From: Euprymna scolopes
Lineage: Eukaryota
DNA: 60,333 bases
Assembly (NCBI GenBank): GCA_053919585.1
Contig: JBSSHM010000300.1
Reading direction: 5' to 3' (one strand)
Below the pieces are notes generated by a model that searched no databases, was not told where the DNA came from, and worked only from the letters and a program-made list of their open reading frames with translations. Made by a program: the position numbers and the translations under genes. This document shows, piece after piece, positions 1 to 11,477 of this stretch. Every line of letters begins with the position of its first letter. Positions within the stretch are counted from its first letter, which is position 1.

Positions 1-576
1 GGGAGCAACTTTTTTTATTTCTTCACAAGTAGCTACCACATCATCTTCCAGATCAGCTTTAAACTTAATGCTATCATAGCCCATATCAGCAAAGTTTTTC
101 GCTACATCTCCTACTTCAGATATCTCTCTATGTGATGACCATGATCCTACTTTAACCTTATCCTGTAAGACTCCCCCCAATAAATCAACTAGTCTTAAAC
201 CATGGGATTTTGCGTAAGCGTCCCAAATGCAACACTCAAAACCATCGTACTCTCTATATAAACCAATAGGTAGTTTTCTTAGTGAAAGGGATTTTATGTC
301 TACGCCTATGAGCGTTTCAGCTATGTTTTTTACGAGTTCCAAATTGTGGTCTCTATAAAATTCCCCAAGACCAACAACCCCATTTTCTAACTCCATTCTA
401 ACAATGAGTTTAGGCAACTCATCAAATTGTGTACTCCAAGCATCACTGGCCTTTTTAATTACTGGCAACATGTGCAAGGGTTTATTGACACTTTCGCTAG
501 CAATCATCCCTTTTTTTGCGGGAATAATCACTTCAGTGAAATGAAAAGATCTGATTTTAGTATTTCCAATAGACAT
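1..576 (-). CDS. Mandelate racemase/muconate lactonizing enzyme family protein (enolase superfamily), partial, runs off the window edge
   Basis: Not in the ORF track. Manual translation from ATG 576 is open to base 1: MSIGNTKIRSFHFTEV...LIVRMELENGVVGLGE...FECCIWDAYAKSHGLRLVDLLGG...GYDSIKFK. It shows the GxGE, WDxxxK..LLGG and KxK motifs. Confidence 0.85.
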   Translation of the reverse strand, partial: MSIGNTKIRSFHFTEVIIPAKKGMIASESVNKPLHMLPVIKKASDAWSTQFDELPKLIVRMELENGVVGLGEFYRDHNLELVKNIAETLIGVDIKSLSLRKLPIGLYREYDGFECCIWDAYAKSHGLRLVDLLGGVLQDKVKVGSWSSHREISEVGDVAKNFADMGYDSIKFKADLEDDVVATCEEIKKVAP

Positions 577-725
577 AGATATTAAATTAAACAAACCTCC
601 ATCAATCTATTTTACTATAAAAATTAAATGTTTTTTTATAACATATTAACAATATAGTGAAGTGTTAACTTATCTAACTTTATTATTGAATATCTTCTTC
701 TTATATGTTATAAATTTTTCTCTAT

Positions 726-1550
726 TCATCCCATAAAAATATTTTCTTGTTCCATTTTTAGAGTGATTCCTGAGATATCTGCTGCTTGAATTTGTTCATG
801 TAAATATTGGCTAATAGCTTGTCTGTATCGCCTTTCTTCTAGGTATTTCTTTATTTTCTCTATACACATCGAGTATTCAAGTGGTTTGCCTTCTTCTTTT
901 TGTTCAATATAAACAATATGATAACCATAACGAGTTTCTATCGGATTTTTACATAATCCAATATTTAATGGAAAAACTTGTCTTTCAAATTCTTTAACTG
1001 TTTGTCCAGAAGAAACTTGCCCAAGACTGCCACCCTCATTCTTGCTTCGGCAAGCAGAATATTCTTTTGCAAGCCTACTAAATGTTTCCACTAAATTATC
1101 CGCTTGTAGAAGTTGTGTAATAAGATCTTTGGCAAGTTTTTGTTGATTAAGCCTTTTTTCTATGTCCTTATGACTTGCTATTAATAAAATGTGTCGAATT
1201 AATAATAAGGGTGAAGTATGAAATTTCTTACGATTATTCATAAAAAAATGATGACAATCAGAAGCAGTAACTTCCTCGCATTCAACTTGTCCCTCAACAA
1301 ATTCTACTAGCTTTTGTTCATCACTAATCTCTAAACCAGATAGTTGTGATAAAAGCGTTTGCATCGTAAGAGTTTGAGCGGCTTTCTCAATTGCCTCATC
1401 AAGAGAAGAAGCAGGATAGTACTGTACCATGTGTGAAAGGCGATCGACATCAACGGTCACATCATTAACACGAATTTCTGGCAAATTAACTTCTGAAAAC
1501 TCTTGCTTAATTTTGGGTTTATTCGTTTCAGAAATCGCACTAGCCATCAT
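726..1550 (-). CDS. PpiC/parvulin-type peptidylprolyl isomerase (NifM-like) of the nar operon
   Basis: RHIL, LAKEYSAC-S-GGSLG, EFE and ETRYGYHIV rotamase motifs; overlaps the narI stop. Confidence 0.9.
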   Translation of the reverse strand: MMASAISETNKPKIKQEFSEVNLPEIRVNDVTVDVDRLSHMVQYYPASSLDEAIEKAAQTLTMQTLLSQLSGLEISDEQKLVEFVEGQVECEEVTASDCHHFFMNNRKKFHTSPLLLIRHILLIASHKDIEKRLNQQKLAKDLITQLLQADNLVETFSRLAKEYSACRSKNEGGSLGQVSSGQTVKEFERQVFPLNIGLCKNPIETRYGYHIVYIEQKEEGKPLEYSMCIEKIKKYLEERRYRQAISQYLHEQIQAADISGITLKMEQENIFMG

Positions 1551-2265
1551 ATTTTTTATTTTTAAGTAATGATACTCGACTACTTGTCATACGTTTTCTA
1601 ACTACTTGATAGTTTCTACCTAAGTACCATATGGGAGCACTGAATACATGAACCAATCTAGTAAAAGGAATAATAAGAACAAGTGTTAAACCAAAGAATA
1701 TGTGTAACTTGTAAATGATATTAACATTGGTAATGTACTCAGCTCCGCTAATACCACGAAATGTTACAACATGCTGTGCCCAATTTGCCAATTGTACCAT
1801 CACCGATCCATCTAAGTGATTAGATGAAACAAATATAGAAATTAAGCCTAAAACTAGCTGTATGAGTAATAAAAATAAAATAGCTATATCAGAAATTTCA
1901 CTTGTTTTACGAACTCTTGGATTAGTCAATCGGCGATGTATTAACATAATTAAGCCAATTAGCATTAGTACACCAAAAAATCCACCAGAAATCATTGCCA
2001 ATAGCTGTTTATTTGGTGTTGAAATGGCATAATGATAAATATCTTCTGGTAATAATAAGCCAATGGTATGCCCTGCAATAATAAATAGTATACCTATATG
2101 AAAAAAGATACTAGCAATACGAAAACCTTTGCTACTTAGCATTTGACTGGAAGATGCCTTCCACGAATAAGGTTCTCTATCAAAGCGAATGATACACCCC
2201 CAAAAACAAATAGTCGCTGCAATATATGGATAAATTCCAAATAGAAAAACATGAACACTAGACAT
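1540..2265 (-). CDS. narI: Respiratory nitrate reductase gamma subunit
   Basis: FGIYPY, RFDREPYSWKASSSQ, heme-ligand His residues, PFTRLVH; operon position. Confidence 0.97.
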   Translation of the reverse strand: MSSVHVFLFGIYPYIAATICFWGCIIRFDREPYSWKASSSQMLSSKGFRIASIFFHIGILFIIAGHTIGLLLPEDIYHYAISTPNKQLLAMISGGFFGVLMLIGLIMLIHRRLTNPRVRKTSEISDIAILFLLLIQLVLGLISIFVSSNHLDGSVMVQLANWAQHVVTFRGISGAEYITNVNIIYKLHIFFGLTLVLIIPFTRLVHVFSAPIWYLGRNYQVVRKRMTSSRVSLLKNKKYDG

Positions 2266-2277
2266 TTTTACTCTCCA

Positions 2278-3008
2278 CTATAAATATTCCGAAACCTTAG
2301 AAGAAGTCTTCTTAGAATCCAAAGATGTTAAACAATCTATATTAATTTCTGATCTCTTTGATTGTGAATAAGAACAATCACCATGTTGTTGACTTAATTG
2401 ATCATCAAAGCGAATTTCTTTATCTTCCCAAGCCTTATCAATTGCTTCTGGTGTATCATCAGGTTGCTCTGCATTAACTTTATCTAGCACCTCTGATGCT
2501 GATATCTTTATACCTGATATTGCAATAAGTATGGAAAAAACACAACTATAAAAACTTTGTTTTTCTCTAGCCTCACTTGTAAAAGAGCTAGTATGTGAGC
2601 AACATTTTGTAGATATTCCTTAATAAAATCTTCACTCTGCTCGCTAAGAAACTCTAAAAACAAAGGTAAATAGTCAGGTAAATTTTTTGAATCAATCTCA
2701 TAACCATGTGTTTGATACACATCCATTAAATCAACCATCGCTTGACCACGATCACGAGACTCTCCATGAATATGTTCAAATAACAACAAAGACAGAGTTC
2801 TACCTTTTTCAAACAAAGAATCATAGGTAGCTTGCACCTCGTATATATCTGTTTCACATAGCTGTTTTACTAAATCTTGCAAGTTAGACTTTTGTTGCTT
2901 GGCTAGATGATTCTCTTCTTGAATAATATCCAGTATTTCTGATTTTGCATGTTGTAAATCAAGTGTTGGATAATCCAGTAATCGAGATAGTATCTTTAAT
3001 GTAATCAT
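2278..3008 (-). CDS. narJ: Nitrate reductase chaperone NarJ, split by a 1-nt frameshift near 2560-2564
   Basis: LLDYP, LFEHIHGESRDRGQAM, LPDYLPLFLEFL. Adding one A to the A5 run gives RLEKKQSFYSCVF...DDTPEAIDKAWEDKEIRF and joins the two ORFs into about 243 aa. Confidence 0.9.
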
Positions 3009-3016
3009 TTTATTTT

Positions 3017-4549
3017 TTATGATAGAGGTTTTGCAAAGGTAATCACTTTTTTATTACCAAATAGCGATGCAGAACTTTGCCCATCACTACAACCATTACC
3101 AAAACTAAAACCACATCCGCCCCGTTCATTATAAGCTTCTGGGATATTAAGCTCTCTGTGTCCAGTTGGTACAACAAAGCGATCTTCATAGTTTGCAATA
3201 GCTAGATAACGATACATTTCATCAGCCTGCTCTTTACTCAATCCAGCATCTTTCAAGACTTCTAAGTCTTCAATTCCTTCAACATTTTCTGCTCGTTTAT
3301 AGGCTCGCATAGCAAGTAATCTTTCCAAAGCATTAATAATAGGAGCTTCATCTCCAGCACTGAGTAGATTAGCAAGGTATTTCACAGGAATACGCAAGGA
3401 TTTTACATCAGGAATCATGCCATATTTACCAACAAAACCAATTTGACCCTGATCGGCTGCCGTTTGAATAGGACTAAGCGATGGAACATACCAAACCATA
3501 GGCAAAGTACGATACTCAGGATGTAAGGGTAAGGCTAACTTCCAGTCCATAGCTAGCTTATAAACTGGTGATTTTTGAGCAGCTTTAATTACACTATCTG
3601 CAATACCATCAGCTTTAGCTTGAGCAATAACTTTACTATCATTAGGGTCTAAGAATACATCTAATTGGGCTTGATATAAGTCAGTTTCTGCTGGTGTGGA
3701 AGCAGCTTCTGATATTTTATCAGCATCATATAGCAGTACACCTAAATAGCGAATTCTTCCCACACAGCTTTCCGAACAAATCGTTGGCATACCCACTTCA
3801 ATACGAGGATAACAAAAAATACATTTTTCTGATTTTCCTGATTTCCAGTTGTAATATATTTTTTTGTATGGACAACCACTTACACACATGCGCCAGCCAC
3901 GACATTTCTCTTGATCAATCAATACAATTCCATCTTCTTCACGCTTATAAATAGCTCCTGATGGGCAAGACGCCACACAGGTTGGATTCAAGCAATGCTC
4001 ACACAAACGAGGCAAGTACATCATGAAAGTATTTTCATACTGTCCATAAATTTCTTTTTGTACCTGATCAAAATTTACATCTTTGGAACGTTCTTTAAAC
4101 TCAGTTCCTAGATCATCTTCCCAGTTTGGTCCCCACTCAATTTTTTCCATACGCTCGCCAGAGATAAGTGAGCGAGGTCTCGCAGTGGGCGAATGTTCAG
4201 CTGGTTTTGCCGTGTGTAAATGCTGATAATCAAATTCAAATGGCTCGTAATAATCATCAATTTCTGGCAAATCTGGATTAGCAAAAATATTGGCTAAAAT
4301 TTTAATTTTATTACCAATTTTAGGTGTTAACTCTCCTGCTTTACTCACTTGCCAACCGCCATTCCAACGGTCTTGATTTTCCCATTCTTTAGGGTAACCA
4401 ATGCCCGGCTTAGTCTCAACATTATTAAACCACGCATACTCCACACCATCACGAGATGTCCAAACATTTTTACAGGTGATGGAACAGGTGTGACAACCTA
4501 TACATTTGTCTAGGTTTAATACCATTCCTACTTGTGCTCTTATTTTCAT
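3017..4549 (-). CDS. narH: Respiratory nitrate reductase beta subunit
   Basis: MKIRAQVGMVLNLDKCIGCHTCS and four Fe-S Cys clusters. Confidence 0.99.
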   Translation of the reverse strand: MKIRAQVGMVLNLDKCIGCHTCSITCKNVWTSRDGVEYAWFNNVETKPGIGYPKEWENQDRWNGGWQVSKAGELTPKIGNKIKILANIFANPDLPEIDDYYEPFEFDYQHLHTAKPAEHSPTARPRSLISGERMEKIEWGPNWEDDLGTEFKERSKDVNFDQVQKEIYGQYENTFMMYLPRLCEHCLNPTCVASCPSGAIYKREEDGIVLIDQEKCRGWRMCVSGCPYKKIYYNWKSGKSEKCIFCYPRIEVGMPTICSESCVGRIRYLGVLLYDADKISEAASTPAETDLYQAQLDVFLDPNDSKVIAQAKADGIADSVIKAAQKSPVYKLAMDWKLALPLHPEYRTLPMVWYVPSLSPIQTAADQGQIGFVGKYGMIPDVKSLRIPVKYLANLLSAGDEAPIINALERLLAMRAYKRAENVEGIEDLEVLKDAGLSKEQADEMYRYLAIANYEDRFVVPTGHRELNIPEAYNERGGCGFSFGNGCSDGQSSASLFGNKKVITFAKPLS

Positions 4550-4558
4550 AGTAAACTC

Positions 4559-7500
4559 CTAAACTTCAGTTGCTAAAACTTGTGGTTGATTGGCAGCATC
4601 ATCACCTTCCAACCAATCCACTTTGCTCATTTTACGTATCACAACAAACTCATCTCGGTTACAACCTACCGTCCCATAATAATTAAATCCCCAAGATTGA
4701 TGAACATAGCCACCAATCATGTGCGTAGGCTTGAGAACGGCTCGAGTAACTGAGTTGTGATGTCCTCCCCTTGTGCCAGTCATTTCTGAGCCTGGAACAT
4801 TGATAATCCTCTCTTGAGCGTGGTACATCATTACCATTCCTTGTTTGACCCTTTGGCTAACTACTAAACGACAAGCAATGGCTCCATTAGCATTAAATAC
4901 CTCTACCCAATCATTGTCTTTGAGATCAGCCGATTTAGCATCTATCTCACTTATCCAAATAATTGGTCCACCTCGAGATAGTGTTTGTAGTATTAGATTA
5001 TCTGAATAGGTGCTGTGAATACCCCATTTTTGATGAGGGGTAATCCAGTTTAATACGATTTCCTTATTGCCATTTGGTTTACTATTTAGCAAATGCTTTG
5101 TTGTTTTGGTATTAATAGGAGGACGGTAACTAACCATCTGTTCACCAAAAGCTTTCATCCATTTATGATCTTGATAAAACTGCTGTCTACCTGTAATGGT
5201 CCGCCATGGAATAAGCTCATGCACATTGGTATAACCTGCATTATAGCTAACATGTTCATCCTCTAAACCTGACCATGTAGGAGAAGAAATGATTTTTCTT
5301 GGCTGAGCCTGAATATCCCGAAAACGAATTTTCTCTTCATGCTTAGGTGAGGCTAAGTGAGTGTGTTCTCTCCCCGTAAAAGGTTCTAGAGATTTCCAGG
5401 CTTTCACAGCGACATTACCATTGGTCTCTGGTGCTAGAGTTAAAATCATCTCAGCAGCATCAATAGCTGTATCTATCTTAGGACGACCTTGACTAATTCC
5501 TTCTTCAAGTTCTTGATGGTTAAGATCTTTTAATAAATCAACTTCTTCCTCCATGGACCAATTTAAACCCTTACTACCATTACCAAGCTTATCTAGTAAA
5601 GGACCAACAGAAGTATATTTTTTATAAATATTTGGATAATCTCTTTCTACTTCTACAATATTTGGAGCAGTAATACCAGGAATCAACTCACATTCACCTT
5701 TTTTCCATTCTTTGACATCTAAAGGTTGAGCAATTTCACCTGGAGTATCATGCAAAATAGGTACAGTTACAACATCGGTTTCAACCCCTAAATGTCCATC
5801 AACAATTTCTGAGAATTTTTTAGTGATACCTTTAAATATTTCCCAATCAGAACGAGATTCCCAAACTGGGTCAACCGCTGTAGAAAGTGGATGAATAAAT
5901 GGGTGCATATCTGATGTACTTAAATCATCTTTTTCATACCAGCTTGCTGTGGGTAAAACTATATCTGAGAAAAGACAAGTTGAGGACATTCTAAAATCTA
6001 ATGTTGTAACAAGGTCTAACTTACCTTCTGCCGCCTCATCCACCCATTCTGCTTCTTGTGGTTTGATGCCATCCCACTCTCTTACATCTCCTGATAAAAG
6101 ACCATTTTTTGTACCTAAAAAATACTTAAGCATATACTCATGACCTTTGCCTGATGAACCAAGCAAATTAGAACGCCAAACAAATAAATTTCTTGGAAAG
6201 TTTTTAGGGTTATCTGGCGCTTCAGATGCAAATCCCAACTCACCAGATTTAAGTTGTTCTATCACATAGTCTTTTACTGGTTTGCCTGCTTCTTTAGCTT
6301 TTTTAGCAACTTCTATAGGATTTTCATTTAGCTGAGGTGCTGAAGGTAACCAGCCCATGCGTTCAGACTTAATGTTGTAATCAAGTTGATGCTCAGGAAA
6401 ATCCTCTTTGTTCGCTAATGGTGATAAGACCTCATGCATACTCACTTTTTCATGTCGCCATTGTGAGGTGTGCGTATAAAAAAATGATGTACTATTCATT
6501 TGCCTAGGTGGTCTAGACCAATCTAAGCCAAAAGCTAGAGGTAACCAGCCAGTTTGTGGGCGTAATTTCTCCTGACCAACATAATGCGCCCAACCGCCAC
6601 CTGATTTACCTATACAGCCACACATCATCAGCATGTTAATTAGTCCACGATAGTTCATATCCATGTGATACCAATGATTCATCGCTGCACCAACAATCAC
6701 CATTGCCTTGCCTTTAGTTTTATCTGCTGTATAAGCAAACTCACGAGCGATACGAATTACTTTATCTCGTGCAACTCCTGTAATTTTTTCTTGCCATGCT
6801 GGTGTATAGGCTAAATCATCATCATATGATGTTGCTATGTTTTTATCCTTTAGCCCACGATTCACCCCATAGTTTGCTAAAGTTAAATCATAAACTGTAG
6901 TAATTTTTACTTCCCTTCCATCTACAAGCTTAATGCTTCGGCAAGGAACAGTACGTTGTTGAACGGATTCTTGCTCACAAGATACCCAATTTTTATTACT
7001 ATTGTCTGAGGCAAAGTAAGGAAAAGCTACTTTTGCGGTTTCTTCACCAAGTAAGGAGAGTTTTAAAAATATTTCTTCACCAGTTCTGGCATCCTTTTGT
7101 TCTAAATTCCATTTGCCAGATTTCTTCCATCTATAACCTACTGTACCATTAGGTTCAACAATTTTATTGGATGGCTCGTCTATCGCTAGAGTTATCCACT
7201 CTGCATGCTCATCATCAAGCTTGGCTAAATCAGAAGCTCGTAAAAAGCGTCCTGCTTGTAGATTTCCTTGTTTGTCCTCTTCTAAAATGACCAAATTAGG
7301 CATATCTGTGTATCTACGCACATAATCTGTAAAATATTCACTAGGATTATCAACATGAAATTCCTTTAGAATCACATGACCAAATGCCATACCCAGTGCC
7401 GCATCAGTGCCTTGTTTGGGGTTTAGCCATTCATCAGTAAGCTTAGAGATTTCTGCATAATCTGGAGTGATTGATACTGTTTTGGCTCCCTTGTAACGAA

Positions 7501-8308
7501 CTTCAGTAAAAAAGTGGGCATCAGGGGTACGGGTTTGTGGAACATTAGATCCCCAAGCAATAATGTAATTAGAGTTGTACCAATCTGCAGATTCTGGAAC
7601 ATCAGTTTGTTCACCCCATGTCATAGGAGAGGCAGGAGGTAAATCACAATACCAATCATAAAAACTTAAACACGCCCCTCCTAATAGAGATACATATCTT
7701 GAACCTGCCGCATAGGAAACCATAGACATAGCAGGAATGGGAGAAAAAGCTAATACTCTATCTGGACCGTAAGCTTTAGTAGTATATATATTGGCAGAGG
7801 CAATAATTTCATTAACTTCATCCCAATTAGAACGGATAAAACCACCCATTCCACGCTGACTTTTATAGCTTTTTGCCTTGCTTGGATTTTCAACAATACT
7901 TTGCCATGCATCAACTGGATCTTTTGTTTGTCTAGCCTCACGCCATAGTTTTAATAATGCCTTGCGAACCTTAGGATATTTCAAACGATTCGCACTATAT
8001 AAATACCATGAATAACTTGCTCCACGAGGACAACCTCGTGGCTCATGATTAGGCAGGTCTGGACGTGTTCTTGGGTAATCTGTTTGCTGGACTTCCCATG
8101 TAACCAGCCCATTTTTAACATAAATTTTCCAGCTACATGAACCTGTACAATTCACTCCATGAGTTGAACGTACGACTTTATCAACCTGCCAGCGTTGACG
8201 ATAGCCATCTTCCCATGCTCGGCTTTCATTACTTACTTCACCATGTCCGTTTGAAAATTCACTATCTTTTTTCTTGAAAAATAGTAACCGATCGATAAAT
8301 TGACTCAT
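4559..8308 (-). CDS. narG: Respiratory nitrate reductase alpha subunit
   Basis: THGVNCTGSCSW...EPRGCPRG FS0 motif, YDWYCDLP Mo-ligand region, 1249 aa. Confidence 0.99.
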   Translation of the reverse strand: MSQFIDRLLFFKKKDSEFSNGHGEVSNESRAWEDGYRQRWQVDKVVRSTHGVNCTGSCSWKIYVKNGLVTWEVQQTDYPRTRPDLPNHEPRGCPRGASYSWYLYSANRLKYPKVRKALLKLWREARQTKDPVDAWQSIVENPSKAKSYKSQRGMGGFIRSNWDEVNEIIASANIYTTKAYGPDRVLAFSPIPAMSMVSYAAGSRYVSLLGGACLSFYDWYCDLPPASPMTWGEQTDVPESADWYNSNYIIAWGSNVPQTRTPDAHFFTEVRYKGAKTVSITPDYAEISKLTDEWLNPKQGTDAALGMAFGHVILKEFHVDNPSEYFTDYVRRYTDMPNLVILEEDKQGNLQAGRFLRASDLAKLDDEHAEWITLAIDEPSNKIVEPNGTVGYRWKKSGKWNLEQKDARTGEEIFLKLSLLGEETAKVAFPYFASDNSNKNWVSCEQESVQQRTVPCRSIKLVDGREVKITTVYDLTLANYGVNRGLKDKNIATSYDDDLAYTPAWQEKITGVARDKVIRIAREFAYTADKTKGKAMVIVGAAMNHWYHMDMNYRGLINMLMMCGCIGKSGGGWAHYVGQEKLRPQTGWLPLAFGLDWSRPPRQMNSTSFFYTHTSQWRHEKVSMHEVLSPLANKEDFPEHQLDYNIKSERMGWLPSAPQLNENPIEVAKKAKEAGKPVKDYVIEQLKSGELGFASEAPDNPKNFPRNLFVWRSNLLGSSGKGHEYMLKYFLGTKNGLLSGDVREWDGIKPQEAEWVDEAAEGKLDLVTTLDFRMSSTCLFSDIVLPTASWYEKDDLSTSDMHPFIHPLSTAVDPVWESRSDWEIFKGITKKFSEIVDGHLGVETDVVTVPILHDTPGEIAQPLDVKEWKKGECELIPGITAPNIVEVERDYPNIYKKYTSVGPLLDKLGNGSKGLNWSMEEEVDLLKDLNHQELEEGISQGRPKIDTAIDAAEMILTLAPETNGNVAVKAWKSLEPFTGREHTHLASPKHEEKIRFRDIQAQPRKIISSPTWSGLEDEHVSYNAGYTNVHELIPWRTITGRQQFYQDHKWMKAFGEQMVSYRPPINTKTTKHLLNSKPNGNKEIVLNWITPHQKWGIHSTYSDNLILQTLSRGGPIIWISEIDAKSADLKDNDWVEVFNANGAIACRLVVSQRVKQGMVMMYHAQERIINVPGSEMTGTRGGHHNSVTRAVLKPTHMIGGYVHQSWGFNYYGTVGCNRDEFVVIRKMSKVDWLEGDDAANQPQVLATEV

Positions 8309-8338
8309 TAGCTTTCTCCTTTTTCCTAATCGTTTTTT

Positions 8339-9952
8339 CTATGGATTATAAAACTCACCATTTTTTCTTAGATAAAACCACCAGTTAAGAAATACACAAA
8401 AAGTGTAAAAAATAGCAAAACCTATTAGTGCATACTCAGGTGTTGTTGCTTTAATTTGCTCACCAAATACTTTAGGAATATAAAATGCTCCGTATGCCGC
8501 TATAGCAGATGTCCAACCTAAAACAGGACCTGCTTGCTCCTTGGGGAATACAATTGCAATGGTTCTGAAAGTTGATCCATTACCAATACCCGTTGCCGCA
8601 AATAATACTAAGAAAATTAAAAAGAAAGGCACAAAGTATTCTTCGGGTGTTGGTGAAGAATAAGCTGCATGCATATAGTATGCAACCCCTAAGGAACTTA
8701 TCACCATAATAACAGAGCAAATTTGTGTAACTAAAGCACCACCTACTCTATCAGATATCATGCCACCAACTGGTCTAATTAATGCTCCTACAAAAGGAGC
8801 AATCCATGCATATTGCAATGCACTTGGACCATTGGGATTGATTTGATCATGCGTCATTACTCCGTCAGCCATTACATGAGAGTAACCAAATATTACTTTT
8901 ATCGCCAATGGAAAGGCTGCAGCAAAGCCAATAAATGAACCAAAGGTCATGGTATAGATAATGCTCATTACCCATGTGTGACGATTGTTAAAAATTCTAT
9001 ACTGACGATTTAAACTTGTTCTAATCTCTCCTGGGAGAGCTTTTAATAGATACACTGTTAGTACCACAACTATCACTAAAACGATTTCTTTTGGTACGCC
9101 AAAACCAGATCCATTAACCGATTCCGGTAACATTAGCCATAAGCCAACTAAGGCTGCAAAAAAAGCAATCGCAAACATGAGAGTTATTTTGCTAAAGGAA
9201 CCAAGCGGACCACTGATGTTGGGCGATACTTCATCCGTACGAATATTATTAGTAAAAAACCATGTTGCAAGAGCTAGTGGCGCTAAAAATAATAACCAAA
9301 CAAATCCTGCATTTTGAATCCATGCATCAGTCCCTGCTGGAATTTTTCCTATAATACTACCACTAGTTGTTATAAGCTTCATTGGATCACCACCTAAAGC
9401 ACCAAATACACCAATGGACATAAAAAGAGGAACCAATACTTGCATGGTTGTGACACCAAAATTACCTAATCCTGCATTGAGCCCAAGTGCAAGACCCTGT
9501 TCTTTTTTAGGGAAGAAGAAACTGATATTAGACATTGATGAGGCAAAATTACCACCACCAATACCACTTAGTAACGCCATAAGTTGAAAAACCCACAAAG
9601 GTGTGTTTTTATCTTGCAAGGCTATACCCGCACCTACAGCTGGAATAATTAAAAGGGAGGTGGTAAAAAATAATGTATTCCTGCCTCCACACAGACGAAT
9701 TAAAAAGCTACTTGGTATACGCAAAGTTGCTCCAGTTAATCCAGCAATAGCCGTGAGTGTAAATAAATCCGACTTCTCAAAAGGAAAACCTAAATTGAGC
9801 ATTTGTACCGTAATGATTCCCCAATAAAGCCACACAGCAAAACCACATAACAATGCCGGAATAGATACCCATAAATTCCTTCTTGCAATTTTTTTACCTG
9901 TTTCTAACCAGAATGTTTTATCCTCAACATCCCATTTTTTTATATCACTCAT
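8339..9952 (-). CDS. narK2: Nitrate/nitrite transporter, NarK2-type
   Basis: MFS protein with GGGNFASSM, AGLGNFG and GIGNGSTF nitrate signatures; directly upstream of narG. Confidence 0.9.
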   Translation of the reverse strand: MSDIKKWDVEDKTFWLETGKKIARRNLWVSIPALLCGFAVWLYWGIITVQMLNLGFPFEKSDLFTLTAIAGLTGATLRIPSSFLIRLCGGRNTLFFTTSLLIIPAVGAGIALQDKNTPLWVFQLMALLSGIGGGNFASSMSNISFFFPKKEQGLALGLNAGLGNFGVTTMQVLVPLFMSIGVFGALGGDPMKLITTSGSIIGKIPAGTDAWIQNAGFVWLLFLAPLALATWFFTNNIRTDEVSPNISGPLGSFSKITLMFAIAFFAALVGLWLMLPESVNGSGFGVPKEIVLVIVVVLTVYLLKALPGEIRTSLNRQYRIFNNRHTWVMSIIYTMTFGSFIGFAAAFPLAIKVIFGYSHVMADGVMTHDQINPNGPSALQYAWIAPFVGALIRPVGGMISDRVGGALVTQICSVIMVISSLGVAYYMHAAYSSPTPEEYFVPFFLIFLVLFAATGIGNGSTFRTIAIVFPKEQAGPVLGWTSAIAAYGAFYIPKVFGEQIKATTPEYALIGFAIFYTFCVFLNWWFYLRKNGEFYNP

Positions 9953-9998
9953 AATATATCCTAGTTGTAAGTTAGTTTGTAAATTGGTTATCAGTCAG

Positions 9999-11477
9999 TT
10001 AGCTTTCTTCTTCAGCAATTTTGCGATCCACTGATGACATATGATATTCATCACCAAATGCACCTTTAGGTTCTTTTAGCCAGAAGAAACATATTATCCA
10101 ACTCATCAAAGCACCACATGCAATAATAAAAAAGAATGTACTGTAGTCCACAAAAGTAAAAATAAATAGGTAAAATACTGCTCCTACATTACCGTAAGCA
10201 CCAGTCAGACCAGATATTTGCCCAGTCAAACGACGTTTTACAGAAGGAATGATACCAAATGTTGCCCCTTCTGCTCCTTGAACAAATACTGAACAGGATA
10301 TTGTTATACATATGGCAAGAAACATTGGCCATGAACTATCCAATAATCCCATTAAAGCAAAACCGGTTGAAATCCCAATCATATACATGAGCATTACTTT
10401 TCTACGGCTACCTACTCGATCAGAGATATAGCCACCAAGTGGCCTTGCCCAAAGATTGACAAAAGCAAATGTTGAAGCAATAAGTCCAGCTGTAGTGGGA
10501 TCAAGTGACCATGTACTTTGAAAAAACATCGGTAACATAGATACTACAGCAAGCTCTGCACCAAAATTGGCAAAATAAGTTGCTCCTAATGAGGCAACAG
10601 AACTAAATGGATATTTATCATCTTCTGATATACCTGCTTTTAAGAGAGGAGCATTGACTGAAATAGCCTTATATATCTGAGAAATAACCAGTAAAACAAT
10701 AACTCCATAGCAAATGATTGCAATATCTTCATTAATAAATCCAGTATTTTGCATACGATAAACTAGCACAGATAAAATACCGTATAAAGGAATGATGAAT
10801 AGACAATATACCCATAAGCTTAGCCAAGAAGATACTTCAAGTGCTCCAGTTTTACGAGATTTTTTTAGTGTATCTGGAGTCGGACCGTCAGTTATCAAAA
10901 ACCAATAAGCCACTCCATAAATAGCCATAATAATTCCAGAAGTTGCAATTGCCCAACGCCAGCCATCATCACCGCCAAAAAAATGTAAAGCAACCGTTGG
11001 AATAGTTATCGCTGCTGCTGCAGAACCAAAATTTCCCCAACCAGCATAAAAACCTTCTGAAAAACCTATATCTTTTGGTTTAAACCATAAAGCAGTCATA
11101 TGAATACCTACAACAAATCCAGCTCCAACAACTGACATGAATAAACGAGATATGAATAATTGTGTCGTGGTATCACCAAAAGCAAAAAACCAAGTTGGTA
11201 TTGCCATGATGACCATTAAGATAGAAAATACTCTTCTTGGACCAAAACGATCCAGTGCCATACCAACAAAAACTCGCCCTGGAATCGTCAGTGCAACATT
11301 AGCAATAAGAAAAGACTTAATGTCATCTTGGGTGAGGAAGCTTTCCGATGCCAGCATAGAAGTGGCAAGTGGTGCCATGTTAAACCAAACATAAAAAGTT
11401 AAGAAAAAAGCGATCCATGTATAATGTAGAGCTCGGATTTCTCGACGTTCAATTTCTAGCAATTCTTTTGCGTGCAT
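9999..11477 (-). CDS. narK1: Nitrate transporter, NarK1-type
   Basis: MFS protein with YAGWGNFG, FGAELAVVSMLP and GAYGNVGA. ATG 11477 is preceded by GGAGG. Confidence 0.88.
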   Translation of the reverse strand: MHAKELLEIERREIRALHYTWIAFFLTFYVWFNMAPLATSMLASESFLTQDDIKSFLIANVALTIPGRVFVGMALDRFGPRRVFSILMVIMAIPTWFFAFGDTTTQLFISRLFMSVVGAGFVVGIHMTALWFKPKDIGFSEGFYAGWGNFGSAAAAITIPTVALHFFGGDDGWRWAIATSGIIMAIYGVAYWFLITDGPTPDTLKKSRKTGALEVSSWLSLWVYCLFIIPLYGILSVLVYRMQNTGFINEDIAIICYGVIVLLVISQIYKAISVNAPLLKAGISEDDKYPFSSVASLGATYFANFGAELAVVSMLPMFFQSTWSLDPTTAGLIASTFAFVNLWARPLGGYISDRVGSRRKVMLMYMIGISTGFALMGLLDSSWPMFLAICITISCSVFVQGAEGATFGIIPSVKRRLTGQISGLTGAYGNVGAVFYLFIFTFVDYSTFFFIIACGALMSWIICFFWLKEPKGAFGDEYHMSSVDRKIAEEES

